A stretch of 59,430 nucleotides of DNA, the filler included, from Sphacelaria rigidula (taxonomy: Eukaryota), in the NCBI GenBank assembly GCA_964200075.2. It is 10 parts of 10 records of this genome, joined end to end, with 100 filler letters (N's around TTAATTAATTAA, not from the genome) between each part and the next. Parts side by side here need not be neighbours in the genome. Positions count along the whole stretch, not along the records: positions 47,626 to 53,478 come from CAXNAA020023966.1; positions 53,579 to 59,430 come from CAXNAA020023967.1; 8 more parts are not named here. The stretch is one strand, 5' to 3'. This document shows positions 48,676-59,430 of the stretch, piece after piece. The position numbers and the translations under genes are program-made. Positions within the stretch are counted from its first letter, which is position 1. Each line of letters begins with the position of its first letter. The notes under the pieces were generated by a model that was not told the DNA's origin, searched no databases, and saw only the letters and a program-made list of their open reading frames with translations.

Positions 48676-49140
48676 TGAGTGCGGTGTACACGCCTGCGTG
48701 TCGATGACGAAACCACCGGAGGTTCAACGGCGCAGAGGAAGCTCCTCGCCCGTGTCTTTCGTGTGTCCTCGTTCGGCGATTACCCATCGCTGGAGAGATT
48801 GGCGTATCATGTTACCAGCACATGCCCAATTTTCCATGTGCCGGCAGGGGATATATTGCTGCATAACCCCCCGAAGGGCCTCGAGCTACCGAGGATGTCG
48901 CATCTTGAATGATATAGTCTTCTCTTGTCTGTGGCACTGACCAGTGCAAAGATCGATTTCTCGCTGCCTCTCTTTTTTGGACAGGACGCGCCTCTGTGCG
49001 CTGCACAACAGGTCGTCGAAAAGCAGGGCGATATTCCCGTCACCGCTGCTGTTCTTCCTCTCTCTCTCTCTCTCTCTTTCTTCTCTCTTTCTCTCTCGTA
49101 CACATACACTCATGCCACCAAGGACGATGTTGCGGCAATA
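48676..49140 (+). repeat. Diverged ~400-460-bp direct repeat, partner at ~52383-52760
   Basis: Shared AGAGGAAGCTCCTC.CCCGTGTC, CATGTTACCAGCAC, AAGATCGATTT and TTTTTGGACAGGACG blocks. Confidence 0.8.
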
Positions 49141-51508
49141 AAACGATACCGTCGAATAGTTACACCAAAGTATTCTGGGATTTGCATAAAACTATTCAGT
49201 ATAGAATCGAACTAAAATGGACAAGTTCGAGTTCGAAGTAAAAGTTGGACAAATAAAACGCTTCAGGGGTGGAAAACCATGGGATTCCGCTCGAAGAAAA
49301 CCTTCTGTGCCCGTCAATGTTTCGTGGAGGTCGCAAACCTTTGCCATCGTTTTGTTTTTTACCCGGCAAAAATCGGGGAAGGCACCCTCCCGAAGCTTTT
49401 GAGAGCCGTTTTGATTCGATGGAATAAGCTAAGAAAACGAAACTGTCAAATTGTTCAAGCATAATAAAACACGGTGCTATGACGGTTGTGCTACAGGCAG
49501 TCAGGACAAGTAGAGCAACGAAAGCTGTCCGGGTTTGTTTGACGTAACATACCGACCACTCTGCTCGAACGCTTTTCTTGGCAAGGTCTTTGCAGTCGGC
49601 ATTTGACGGCTTGGGTCACAAATGCAACGACAAGAAGTGGTTGATCATTGAACGCCCTTGTTCCCGGCGAAAAAATAGCCCTATTTCGCCTGCGCTTAGG
49701 ATGTACTCACATGGCATGTTTTTGCCGTTGCAACACACGCACACACACAGCTCGCTGAGCACTCGACCGGTTGTACACCAGAGAAACTCAGAATACAGAG
49801 GGCCCCCATATGGGTAACGCCAGCAACATTTAAATCACCGCCAGAGATATATTTCTTCAATCCGCATGCCAAGAAGATCTCTACGAGCAAGGATTGGTGT
49901 TATGTGATGAGATCCGTAGTTGCTGAGTCGTTTTTGGATACAGACCAGCGGGTAAGAGGAGTGTATATCTTGGGCGAATGATTGAGCGCCTAGCTGACCA
50001 ACCGTGTCGCTCCGGAAACAAGTACGAAATGGTCGCTATTGGATATTGTATGGCGTGAAATGATAAGAGTTGAACGATAAATATGTACGTAATGGGAGCG
50101 TGAAGTAAATTATATACATTTTGGGTTGTGACTTTGAGTGAAGACATGTCTTGAGGTCGGATGGCAAGTCTTTGGCACGAGCCCCCACGTCCCACTCTCT
50201 CATCATCGCCTTGGATTTCAACAGTAAAAGGTAGTCAAATACTTCTTCCAGCGTCTGATACGTCTACTGCGCATTCAACTATCTCCGTCTTCGGTGACTG
50301 AGCCATCAGAAACAAAAAGACTAAGTAAGTTCCTGAGTGTACTTTGTGCCTTCGATTACTCCTTTAATTCTTCGTGCCCGTGGGTAGATGACACCCGGCC
50401 AGCAATCACAACCCGAAAGCATACAGGAATAGAAGACTTGATCCTAGGAAATTATCACTTTTTGTCTTAAGTAGGTAGGGTGACAACCTTACCGCTTGAC
50501 ACTTGGGACTTTCGGCTAAACCTTTTTTCTTTGCATTGTTTGTTTGAGTTGCTCTATTTCTGGTGCTTTGGTCTTGTAGGTTTTGTCGGCGCTTCGCATT
50601 GCTCTGCGTCCCATTTATTGTTTTGGCTGTCTGACTGCACAGGTGCTAGCTCTTAAAGACTTGGTTTTTGAGTGTGCAGCTCTCCAGTCGTTTTTTGTTG
50701 TTGTTGTAGTCTGGACTGCTAGGCTCGGCCCCTTGGATTGCACACAGACTTCGCGATGAGTAAAATGTGTCACGTGATCTCCCCCTCGACATCGATTCAC
50801 GCACATTACGCCGCCTTCGTCGTGAACGCACGGGTGCTTGTGCACTTGGTGAAAGCACAAATAAACGTGGCCGCCCAACTTCGAGAACCCAGGCGTTGCA
50901 TAAACCCATACTTTTGCTACTCTTTACATTGTTGTGGTTTCACCCGATCGTGTACGTTTTCGTATGAAACGAGAATCCTCCCTTTCCCCTCTATCCTTTA
51001 CCACGTCGGTTGGACCCACAACCCAACATATCACGTTTTGTTTCCGGACCTGACGCCCTCTTGTACGAGGACCCTTTTGTATCCGGTGCAGCACCTCTTG
51101 CACACCAGCCCGATTCACATTCTGTGATTCCGAGCCTTCACGGTCTGTCTGTAGACGATTTAACCACGCCTACACCCACCCGTACTGACGTTCCAAAGGG
51201 TTTCACAGCGGTACCCTCGTGCACCCAACCGCTCTGTACACTTTGTATGTTACCCCATCTGTAGTACATGATACTTGTGTGCTGCGCCCTTTTCCCTCTT
51301 GAGTAATAATACAGCTCGTATCTTGGTACCTGGTCTGGACAGCAGGTTCACAGGTACCATCCAACGATGCAGTTGTAGCCCAGCCTGCGGTACGTTTTCG
51401 GGATGAATTGCCGCCCCTGCTCACCTTGTTGCACCCGAGTAGTCACGTAAACCCCCCTTTTCCCACAACACAACGCCTTGATTACTCATCAACGTCCTGA
51501 TTTCTACA

Positions 51509-52264
51509 ATGCCTGTATCGCGCAACCGTGCAGGTAAGCAAAGCACGTCTAAAGTCGACAGTTCACCGGCTTCTCCTGCTCTCGGTGCCATCGAAGACGG
51601 CTCGCGCTCCGTGGAAAGCGGTGAATCAGTTGCTAATTTGGACATTGACACTCATGATCAGTTGGCCGAGAACAGTGAAGGGAAAGTTGATGTCGACATC
51701 CTCAACGCGGGCTCTGTAGCCACAGACGCAGTAGTCGATATGCACGGGGGAATTGATCTCTCCCTGCATGCCGCCACCGCTGCTGCCACAGATGACCACA
51801 GTATGTTGACGGACACCAGTAATGGTGACCATATCTTTGTCAATATTCCCCAGTCAGCAACTGCCCCCGGCGGCTCTGCTGCTGTGGGGACCTCAGCCAC
51901 CGTTACTCTAGATACTACTCGCACGACGGAAACATCTCCGTCTGCGCCCCGCCCCATGAAAGTGAGAGACAGAGCCAAATTTCACTTCCAACACAGTCGT
52001 CCCTCGGCTATTTCAACCGACATGCGGGAGAAATTTACACACGTAGTACAACCCGCATACTGGGACGATCCACTTGCCCAGGCCACTCAAGTGCAGACGG
52101 AGCGCAAGAGCCGCGACGCCTTCGGACGCGCCCGAAACCTGACGCGCGTTCACCGTGAAGTTGACGTAGCACAAAAAGCTCTGAGGGGAGACCAAAGCAA
52201 AGAGGCTCGTCTCCTTCGTCAACCAACAGCAGATCCTGAAGAATGGGATCCATCTAAAAATTAG
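51509..52264 (+). CDS. Intronless 251-aa hypothetical ORF, possibly part of a decayed TE gene
   Basis: ATG-initiated, low-complexity S/T/D/A N-terminus, no recognised motif. Runs into the repeat at 52383. Confidence 0.35.
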   Translation: MPVSRNRAGKQSTSKVDSSPASPALGAIEDGSRSVESGESVANLDIDTHDQLAENSEGKVDVDILNAGSVATDAVVDMHGGIDLSLHAATAAATDDHSMLTDTSNGDHIFVNIPQSATAPGGSAAVGTSATVTLDTTRTTETSPSAPRPMKVRDRAKFHFQHSRPSAISTDMREKFTHVVQPAYWDDPLAQATQVQTERKSRDAFGRARNLTRVHREVDVAQKALRGDQSKEARLLRQPTADPEEWDPSKN

Positions 52265-53578
52265 GTTCAAGTGGCATATCGTTTTTGCAGGGACGACGCG
52301 AAACAGTAACACAGAGCGAAACCATCTTTCCCCCCTAAACTCTGCACCAGTGAATCATCAGTTGTGGCTAAATACACCGAACGACTGCGGTGTTCACGAG
52401 TGTCAATGACGATATCACAAAAGAGGGAAGCAACGGCAGAGAGGAAGCTCCTCTCCCGTGTCCTTTGTGTGCCCTCGCTGAGCGATTACCAATCGCTCGA
52501 GAGACTGGTATCATGCATGTTACCAGCACGTACCGAATTTCTCATGTGCCTGTAGGTATCCCTAAAAAACATCGAGCTGCGGAGAGATTTTGTCTCTTTG
52601 TCTCTGGAGCTCATCAATGCGAAGATCGATTTGTCTCTGCCTCTCTTTTTGGACAGGACGTGCTTCTGTGCGCTGAAAGACAGGGTTATATTCCCATCAC
52701 CGCTACTACTGTTCTCTGTCACACATATGCCAGCAAGGACGGTGCGCTGCGGCAAGAATAACAGATGATCGAATTCGAACTTGGGGGGTGTTATTCATCG
52801 TTGATTTTATCCTGACATGTCTTACCATCATGGCGCCCGACCACGAGAGCCTGCCACAGGCCAGTTGGGGTGTGTATGTGAGAGAGATAAAAACTCTTGT
52901 GGAGACCTTCTTGACATGCGGAGTGAAAAACGATGCCTATGATGGTGACCTAACTGTTGCTACCGTGGTGCAGAGGTGTGCGTCACCTGCAATCTGGAGC
53001 TTTCGTTGCTCTACTCTACTGACTGCCGTCTGCAGAGACGTCACCCACCATAACAACATGTATGTACCCAATATCGGAACACCTACTGTATGATAACAAA
53101 ACAGTTCGGTTTTCGAAACTACCTCCAGATCATTGAAATGGCTCCTGTTACCCGAGGAGCCGCGGCTTCCCCGTCCCCCCGTCAGGTATAACAAAAGGAC
53201 GACATAGTTTTTGGGAATGCATGTAACGCCCACGGGGTACACAGAGTGCCTCGTGTACAAAATCCCCGTTTTCCTACCTGCAAACAGTTTTATGTCCGTT
53301 GCTTTCGGATGAGAACGTGAAACAGTCGATTTGTGCTCCGTACTGTACTCATCAGCGGATGCCAATGCCAGCAAAGTTTGGTGGTGCTATTCGACAGTAC
53401 CTTCGAACGTTTGAACGGACCTGTGACGGTTTGAGAGACAACCAACTAGACTACTGACCAGTCAGCGCTGACTGGTCANNNNNNNNNNNNNNNNNNNNNN
53501 NNNNNNNNNNNNNNNNNNNNNNTTAATTAATTAANNNNNNNNNNNNNNNNNNNNNNNNNNNNNNNNNNNNNNNNNNNN

Positions 53579-53641
53579 GATGTGAGGTCAATGGTCTTAC
53601 GACAATGGCATGCATGATCATGAGTACACCCTCCCCCCCCC
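53579..53641 (+). mobile_element. Family D 3' end at contig start
   Basis: GGTCAATGGTC...GCATGCATGATCATGAGTACA followed by a C-run, matching 17861-17903. Confidence 0.8.
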
Positions 53642-54926
53642 AAAAAGTGCCAAAAGCAAAACCACCGCTCAATTCATTGTTGCTCATCATCAGCTAAGAA
53701 TGCTCTGCGTGATCTTGCTCAAATCGCTTCAGAGTTCGATGAGAAATGACGGTTTGCGTGAGACGCGCGCACAGTACACGCTCACAAACAGTCAGCAACG
53801 GCACGTCTTCGGTTGCTGTTCAACCCGCACACGTCCGCCTCTCATCCAACACTGGACGGATTTCCGTCGAACGAAGACTGCCGTGTGTAGACGATTAACA
53901 GCTAGCACTTGAGCTAATGCGCGTGGGTGGTGGGTGTCTCCGCATGGTTTTTCGTGGCTCGGTGTGTCAGCCCTGTGTTACCTTGTTGCGTCTTGTCTGC
54001 GGCAGTACAGAGATATTGGACTGACGGCCACTTCCAGAACCGCGGTATTTTTGTACCTGGGCTTTGATCTGGACAAAACTGCTTGTCGATAAGACTCAGC
54101 ACTGGTCGTAGTGGGGGCAATCACTTCTTCAAAACTGATTTTTTGAAAAGTGATGAGTAATTCTGATAAGACCCCGCCTATATATCTGGATTTCGGCTCC
54201 CAAACTAAAACCAAGGCAGACATTCCCGTACCCACCAAGTGGTAAAGTCTGCAGTGACTACCAGGGTAGGTCATCGGAGTCCTCCAGTTGTTTTCCTCGA
54301 GTGGAACTGATGCCGATCAACAGACTGCCCACCCAGCCGGTCAAAGGGTTAATAGAGGTACCTCAAACTAGAGGTCCCCGACATATTCAACTGTAAATTA
54401 CGATGAAATATACCGAGGATCTCGAGTTTGACGTACCTCTATTGACCGCCCCTTGATCGCGCGCGCAGATAGATCATCTCAGTCAAGTACGAACTTTTCA
54501 AGTGAAAATCGATGCCGATCGAACAGGTGACGTATGCTGGCGGTCAGAGGTGTAACCCTTTGACCGCGCGAGGGTAGGTCACCTGCTGAATCGGCAGCAA
54601 TAATCACGTGAAAAAAGTATGTGTGATCTAGGTGGACTACCCGCACCGCAGTCTAGGGGTTAACCCTAAGACCGCGACTGTAGACGTGCAAACACGGGAA
54701 AGCACCTTTGGTCCAACAACTCTTCTCGGTCGCAGTCGTTTCGCACCATTATCAGTGTCCAGCAGTACCCTGTCGCTCTCGCTTCTTTCCTCTGCTGCCG
54801 CTGACACACGTCCGACAGACTCCAACGTCGAGCTGGGAGCAGTGTCTCCCGCAACCGTAAGGTTTGGCACACCTGTGGGCGTGAAGGGTACAAGAGAACA
54901 TCGTGAACATGTGCGGGGGGAGGGGT

Positions 54927-55300
54927 TGATTGATTGATTGATTGATTATCTTGCATTATTAGCAGCCGATTGCAACAATCCAGCCCGTGGTCAGGAGCAG
55001 CAAAAACAAAAGCAGAATAAGACGAGGGTAGACAGGAACAGAAAAAGACAGAAGCAACAGTCATAGGAAGGAAAGAAGGAAGAAAGCAGCGACAACAACA
55101 ACAGCAAAAAGAACAACAGCAGCACACACACACAAACACACACACACAACACAACGAGATGATTATCTCGCACCACGTAGCTGATTGCAACAATCCAGCT
55201 CGTGGTCAGAAACAGAAACAAGTGAGGAAAAATGAAATAAATAATAGAAGAGAAGAACAACACGCGGAGAAAATAATACAAAAAACAGACAAAAAGCAGT
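54927..55300 (-). mobile_element. LINE-like 3' end(s) with (ATCA)n tail and a duplicated terminal module
   Basis: On the minus strand CTGACCACG(G/A)GCTGGATTGTTGCAATC occurs twice (~55207 and ~54993). The tail appears as GATT repeats on +. Confidence 0.7.
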
Positions 55301-55550
55301 AGACCTTACGAACTGTACGTAAACAATGGTTGGCACTCGATTTTACTTGATCCAGACTCAAGACAGCTCTGAAAAAAATTATGGTCTGGGGCAGGTGAGC
55401 AGTGGTGAGCAGTAGACCCAGCTCGTCCAGAACGTGTTTTGGTCCAAAATCAGCTGAAAGGGGTCGATTTGAGCTCTGGCAACGCACACTCTGCCTAGGG
55501 AATAACCCTGCACATCTCTTGCCCGAGGGTTCTCGGTATGCCTTGGTCGG

Positions 55551-55574
55551 GGTTAGGGTTAGGGTTAGCGTTAG
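55551..55574 (+). repeat. Short interstitial TTAGGG repeats inside a repeat element
   Basis: GGTTAGGGTTAGGGTTAGCGTTAG. CCCTAA units also occur at ~46495-46518 and ~44130. Confidence 0.75.
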
Positions 55575-55613
55575 AATTGGCGGTATCTCTATNNNNNNNN
55601 NNAAGGGACATCG

Positions 55614-55654
<41 letters not shown>

Positions 55655-56762
55655 GGACACCCCTCAAATCATCAACGATAATAATCCCGACGATACCCAT
55701 AACCTCTCAGGTCACCATCAAATGCACGCACGTGGACAGTGCAGCATGCCAGCCGTTCAAGGCATGACAGTGTAGGACAGTACACGGTACGGCACGGTCG
55801 CACGTGCTGTAAACAACGATCGGGTGCTATATAGCTGGTTAGGCTCCCTCCTAGAAAAACGAGAATCAGCAGCACTACTGTATAGCCCAATCGCCTTCCC
55901 TTCCACAGAGTGAGGGGTGGTGTTGTTATCCATTTTGAGACCGGACCACCAATAACCAGAACTGAGGGCCTGGTCTGCACGTAGGGTCCACTTGTGAATC
56001 GGCATCCTTGGCGTTCATTTCCAAGTGAAGATGATGCCGATTCCCCATAGATCCTCACCGCGGGTTAGACCCCTTCGGTCACACACGGAATATACATTAC
56101 TCCTCTGCTCTTTTCCCCACCCGAAATCTCCTGATTTTATCAAAAAGGGACTTACGAGCCGGGCCGGCCTAGGAACGAATTTATGCTCTAGAAGCAATAT
56201 CTCATCGACACAAACGAGTGGGGCTGTGGTCGGCATATCTTAACCCCAAAAATTGAGGGGAGAGCGGGTCTGCAAGCTACAAATTCGCGTCTAGGCCGGG
56301 CCAGCTTGTAGTCTTCTCTGTAAAAACTCCGAGAGCGGATTTCTCAACCAAGTCGGGGAACGGATCATTTGAAGGTTGACTCCAGATTTCTCGCGGGATC
56401 CTAGCGTCGTATTTGTTCCTCAGCACGTTTTCAGCGCATTTTTTGTCGTGGGGAGTAAGTCGGTAAACAGTTGCAATTTTCGAGAAAAGTCGAAAAAGTC
56501 CGAGTAAACTGCCCTGTGAATCACTGTTGTGAAATATACCGAGAGCCTCGAGCTTGAGATGCCTCCACTGATTGGACCCGTATGGGTACACAGTTTCCTG
56601 GCACACGACACTTTGTTCATGGCGCCACTACGCGACCCTGACTCATCAACGGGGTTACAGTATATTTCAATCCGATTTGAATCAGCTTCGCGTCCTAGTT
56701 ATCAGGGAAACGCCGTTAACTTACCAAAAAAAAATTGTGCTGCTTGACACTTTTTTAGCATA

Positions 56763-57136
56763 CAACATTTGGGTGAGGTTCAACTCGAAAACAGTGCTGT
56801 CCCTGACCCGAAGTCATTATCAATTAATTTCATATGGACGACCTCATGCCCCCCGACCTCCTCAAAACTATTTTTGGGGGTTGCCTGTCTTCCGTGCCCC
56901 CCAAGCGTATTGTGCACAAACAGCTTTTTGCCTCGATATCGGGGCGAAAAAGGGGACGTTTTTGACCTGAAATTGGTGCTTTCGCATATACGCTTTGGGG
57001 GCATGTAAGACGGGCAACCCCCGAAAATAGGTCTAAGGAGGTCGGGAGGCATGAGGTTGTCCATATGAAATTCATTGGTCATGACTGTAGGTCAGGGAAA
57101 GCACTCTTTTCGACTTGAACCTCGCCCACATGTTGA
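56763..57136. repeat. Large imperfect palindrome (~145-bp arms)
   Basis: TGGGTGAGGTTCAACTCGAAAA...AAGCGTAT is mirrored by ATACGCTT...TTTTCGACTTGAACCTCGCCCA. Confidence 0.88.
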
Positions 57137-57249
57137 ACCTCAAAAACGGATCCAGGCTGTTAAACCCTATATATTCTTTCTTCGTACCAAATTTGAAAGT
57201 CCATCTCCCAAAATTGAGGGCAGACGGGACGATTTAGAAACCGGGCTGG

Positions 57250-59205
57250 GGGAAATTCGGAACGAATTTCTTCAGGCCATTTACTGGCCAAGGTTTGGTG
57301 CTTGCCTTTTGAATCTTTGTGTGGGATCTCGCTAGGCCATGACGAACCACAAGAAGTGGGAAATGTGGGAAATGTTGATATATATATATATATATATTAC
57401 TTTTCACTTGTTTCGGAAGTTTTCGTATTGTAAAGACCCTATTTTCACGAGAACTCCCATGCCTCTCCGAAAAAAAAAGAAGGGCTCATTTTTTGTTAGG
57501 CATGCCTTTCCGATTCTCCATGATAAATTTCAAATTTCAGTTCTTAAAGTCAAGCGGAAAACTAACATAGGGTCCGAGAGCATTGTCCATTTTTTCCTTC
57601 AAAATCCCCTGAAAAACAAGAATATTTCATCATGCACTAGCTTTTCTCTACATGAAATTTCAAAGCACAACTCTCGAGACGCAATATTCAGATTTAGTGC
57701 ATTGAGTGCCTCTGCTCGAATTATACCGATTACAGAATAGAACCTCATGTGCACCATATTGTCTTTCCCTCTGTCCAAAAACTACAATCCAACCATCCAT
57801 CCATCCAATCATTCAACCATCCATCCTCAATCAACCTTTAAATAATGAATTAATTAATTATTATATTTCAATTTTGTTATCGAGACAGGTACGAGCTGGG
57901 CCAGCCGAGAAGCGGATTTATAGTTTGCAGGCCCATCAGCCTGCCAATATTTAGAGTTGGACCCTAAAATTTGGTATGTAAAATTAATAGGGCATAATGA
58001 AAACAAATACCAGCGCACACGAGAGGTTTTTTTGTTCATGAATTAAGGGCATTGTGCTGATACCTGAAAACTGATTATTGCCCCTAACTCATGAAAATAA
58101 AGAACCCTTGTGTGCGCTGATAATGTATAGTATGACTTATGCATTGTTCATCCCAAAATTTAGAGCCCAACTCTAAATATTGGCCGGCTAATGGGCCGTT
58201 TAGTGACGGGGTCGGTATAAATTCGGAATAGTTTTTGCAGCCCACTTACTGGCCCCCGTTTGGTATTCGCGTGTTGAAACTTTGTGTGGGCCGCCGCAAG
58301 GGCATCATTATCAAAACAAGGTGATTCAGGTTGATTTTTTTCACTGGTTTAGGGCGTTGTAGTATGGTAAAGACCATTTCTTCACGAGAACGCCCTAAAC
58401 TCCACGAAGAAAAAAACGAAGGCCCATTTTTCATTTTCATTCGGTACACCTTCGCGCGTTCTCCATGCTAAGTTTGAATTCACATTTCTAGAATTGCTAA
58501 AAAAGTGAGAAAAGGCCGAAAAGCAGTGTTAATTTATCCTCAAAACTGCCCAGAAAACCCGAAAAACAATGGAAAAAAAATGAAGTAAATGTTTTTGAGC
58601 TTTAGCTGGCACTAGCGGTTCCCCATACGAAAACTCATAGTATAACTCTCAATAACTGAGACGCGATATCCATGTTTAGTTCGTCCAATTCTTCTGCTCG
58701 TAATATATTGATTTTATTATAGAAACTTATGTGCGCCATATCTCGAGATAGATGACGACTCAGGTGAGAAGATGAGGCTTACCATCGTCTCCCCGTGCTC
58801 CAGGAAATGACCACATCAAAATCGCTGTCATCAGCTGAATGCATCGATCGGGGTTTCATATCGATTTTAGTATGAACGCCATCTCCGTTAGGTATACTGT
58901 AGGAATTACTAGACATGGGGTTTAATCAACGAGAAAATATTGGCCCAGACTTTTGAGCGGATAGGCACCTACCTTCCCCTTGATTAGACGATTGATACAA
59001 TATGCGGAGCATGGCCCAACTCGTCTGTGTCGGTGAAATTTTGCTTAGAGAGCTTGAATCCGTTCCTAGGTTGGCCCAGCTCGTAACGAATTAGGCGAAA
59101 GTGAGGGTATCGATCGTTTCCCCGTGCTCCAGTGAATGTCCACACCTAAAATCGTCATCATCTGCTGTATATATCATATCGTTCGGGGTTTCATATAGAA
59201 TTTAA
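57250..59205. repeat. AT-rich composite repeat: diverged direct copies 57250-57760 and 58218-58740, inverted pair ~57930-57974 and ~58153-58197, direct pair ~58784-58869 and ~59114-59204
   Basis: Visible block-wise similarity with no coding signal. Confidence 0.7.
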
Positions 59206-59430
59206 CCCTTTTGGGACCAGACCCCAACTAACACAGGGTTGACCCCATGTTAGTGAAATAATAAGAAATATGTCTTCGAGCGACCTGCCCAGTCACGGCG
59301 AGGCGAAATTTATCGACCAAACCCGAACGATCAGGGGGGGGGGTTGTTGTCGAGTGTAATGCCACTGCAAAGATCGTGTGGGGGCCCTATCCCTGGCCCA
59401 GATAAGCCTCCCCAGGTTTTCAAGTGCAGG

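Noticed and set aside
53325..53360. Hammerhead ribozyme core (CTGATGA-GTAC-A-GTAC on minus; similar at ~1832)
   Set aside because: The required GAAA after stem II and the closing stems are missing.
5855..53578. Regular ~5953-bp periodicity with the TTAATTAATTAA motif
   Set aside because: Artificial spacer between size-sorted contigs. No cross-contig synteny or gene cluster can be inferred.

Overview
This is not one locus. It is ten unrelated ~5.85 kb contigs of a repeat-rich, intron-rich eukaryotic genome, joined by an artificial 100-bp spacer (44 N + TTAATTAATTAA + 44 N). The contigs are 1-5854, 5955-11807, 11908-17760, 17861-23713, 23814-29666, 29767-35619, 35720-41572, 41673-47525, 47626-53478 and 53579-59430. 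The repeat style and TTAGGG units suggest a brown alga or other stramenopile, which is an inference only. Partial spliced host genes: a sugar-porter MFS transporter 3' end, NAF1 (H/ACA RNP assembly factor), a probable KIAA1143/DUF4604-like protein, a cofactor-dependent phosphoglycerate mutase last exon, a small membrane protein, and a PPxY-containing first exon. Mobile DNA: a decayed Ty3/Gypsy internal region, a decayed RTE LINE, several LINE 3' ends, two tRNA-derived SINE families, a ~99-bp TTAA-flanked piggyBac-type MITE family that forms clusters, and other MITEs and palindromes. The most unusual signal is a non-coding element found about 10 times in 6 contigs, here called family D. It ends in ATGAGTAC(A/G) followed by a C-run, has target-site duplications that begin with that C-run, and has a covarying 3' RNA fold. 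It is a candidate oligo(C)-targeting retroposon without an evident tRNA B-box.
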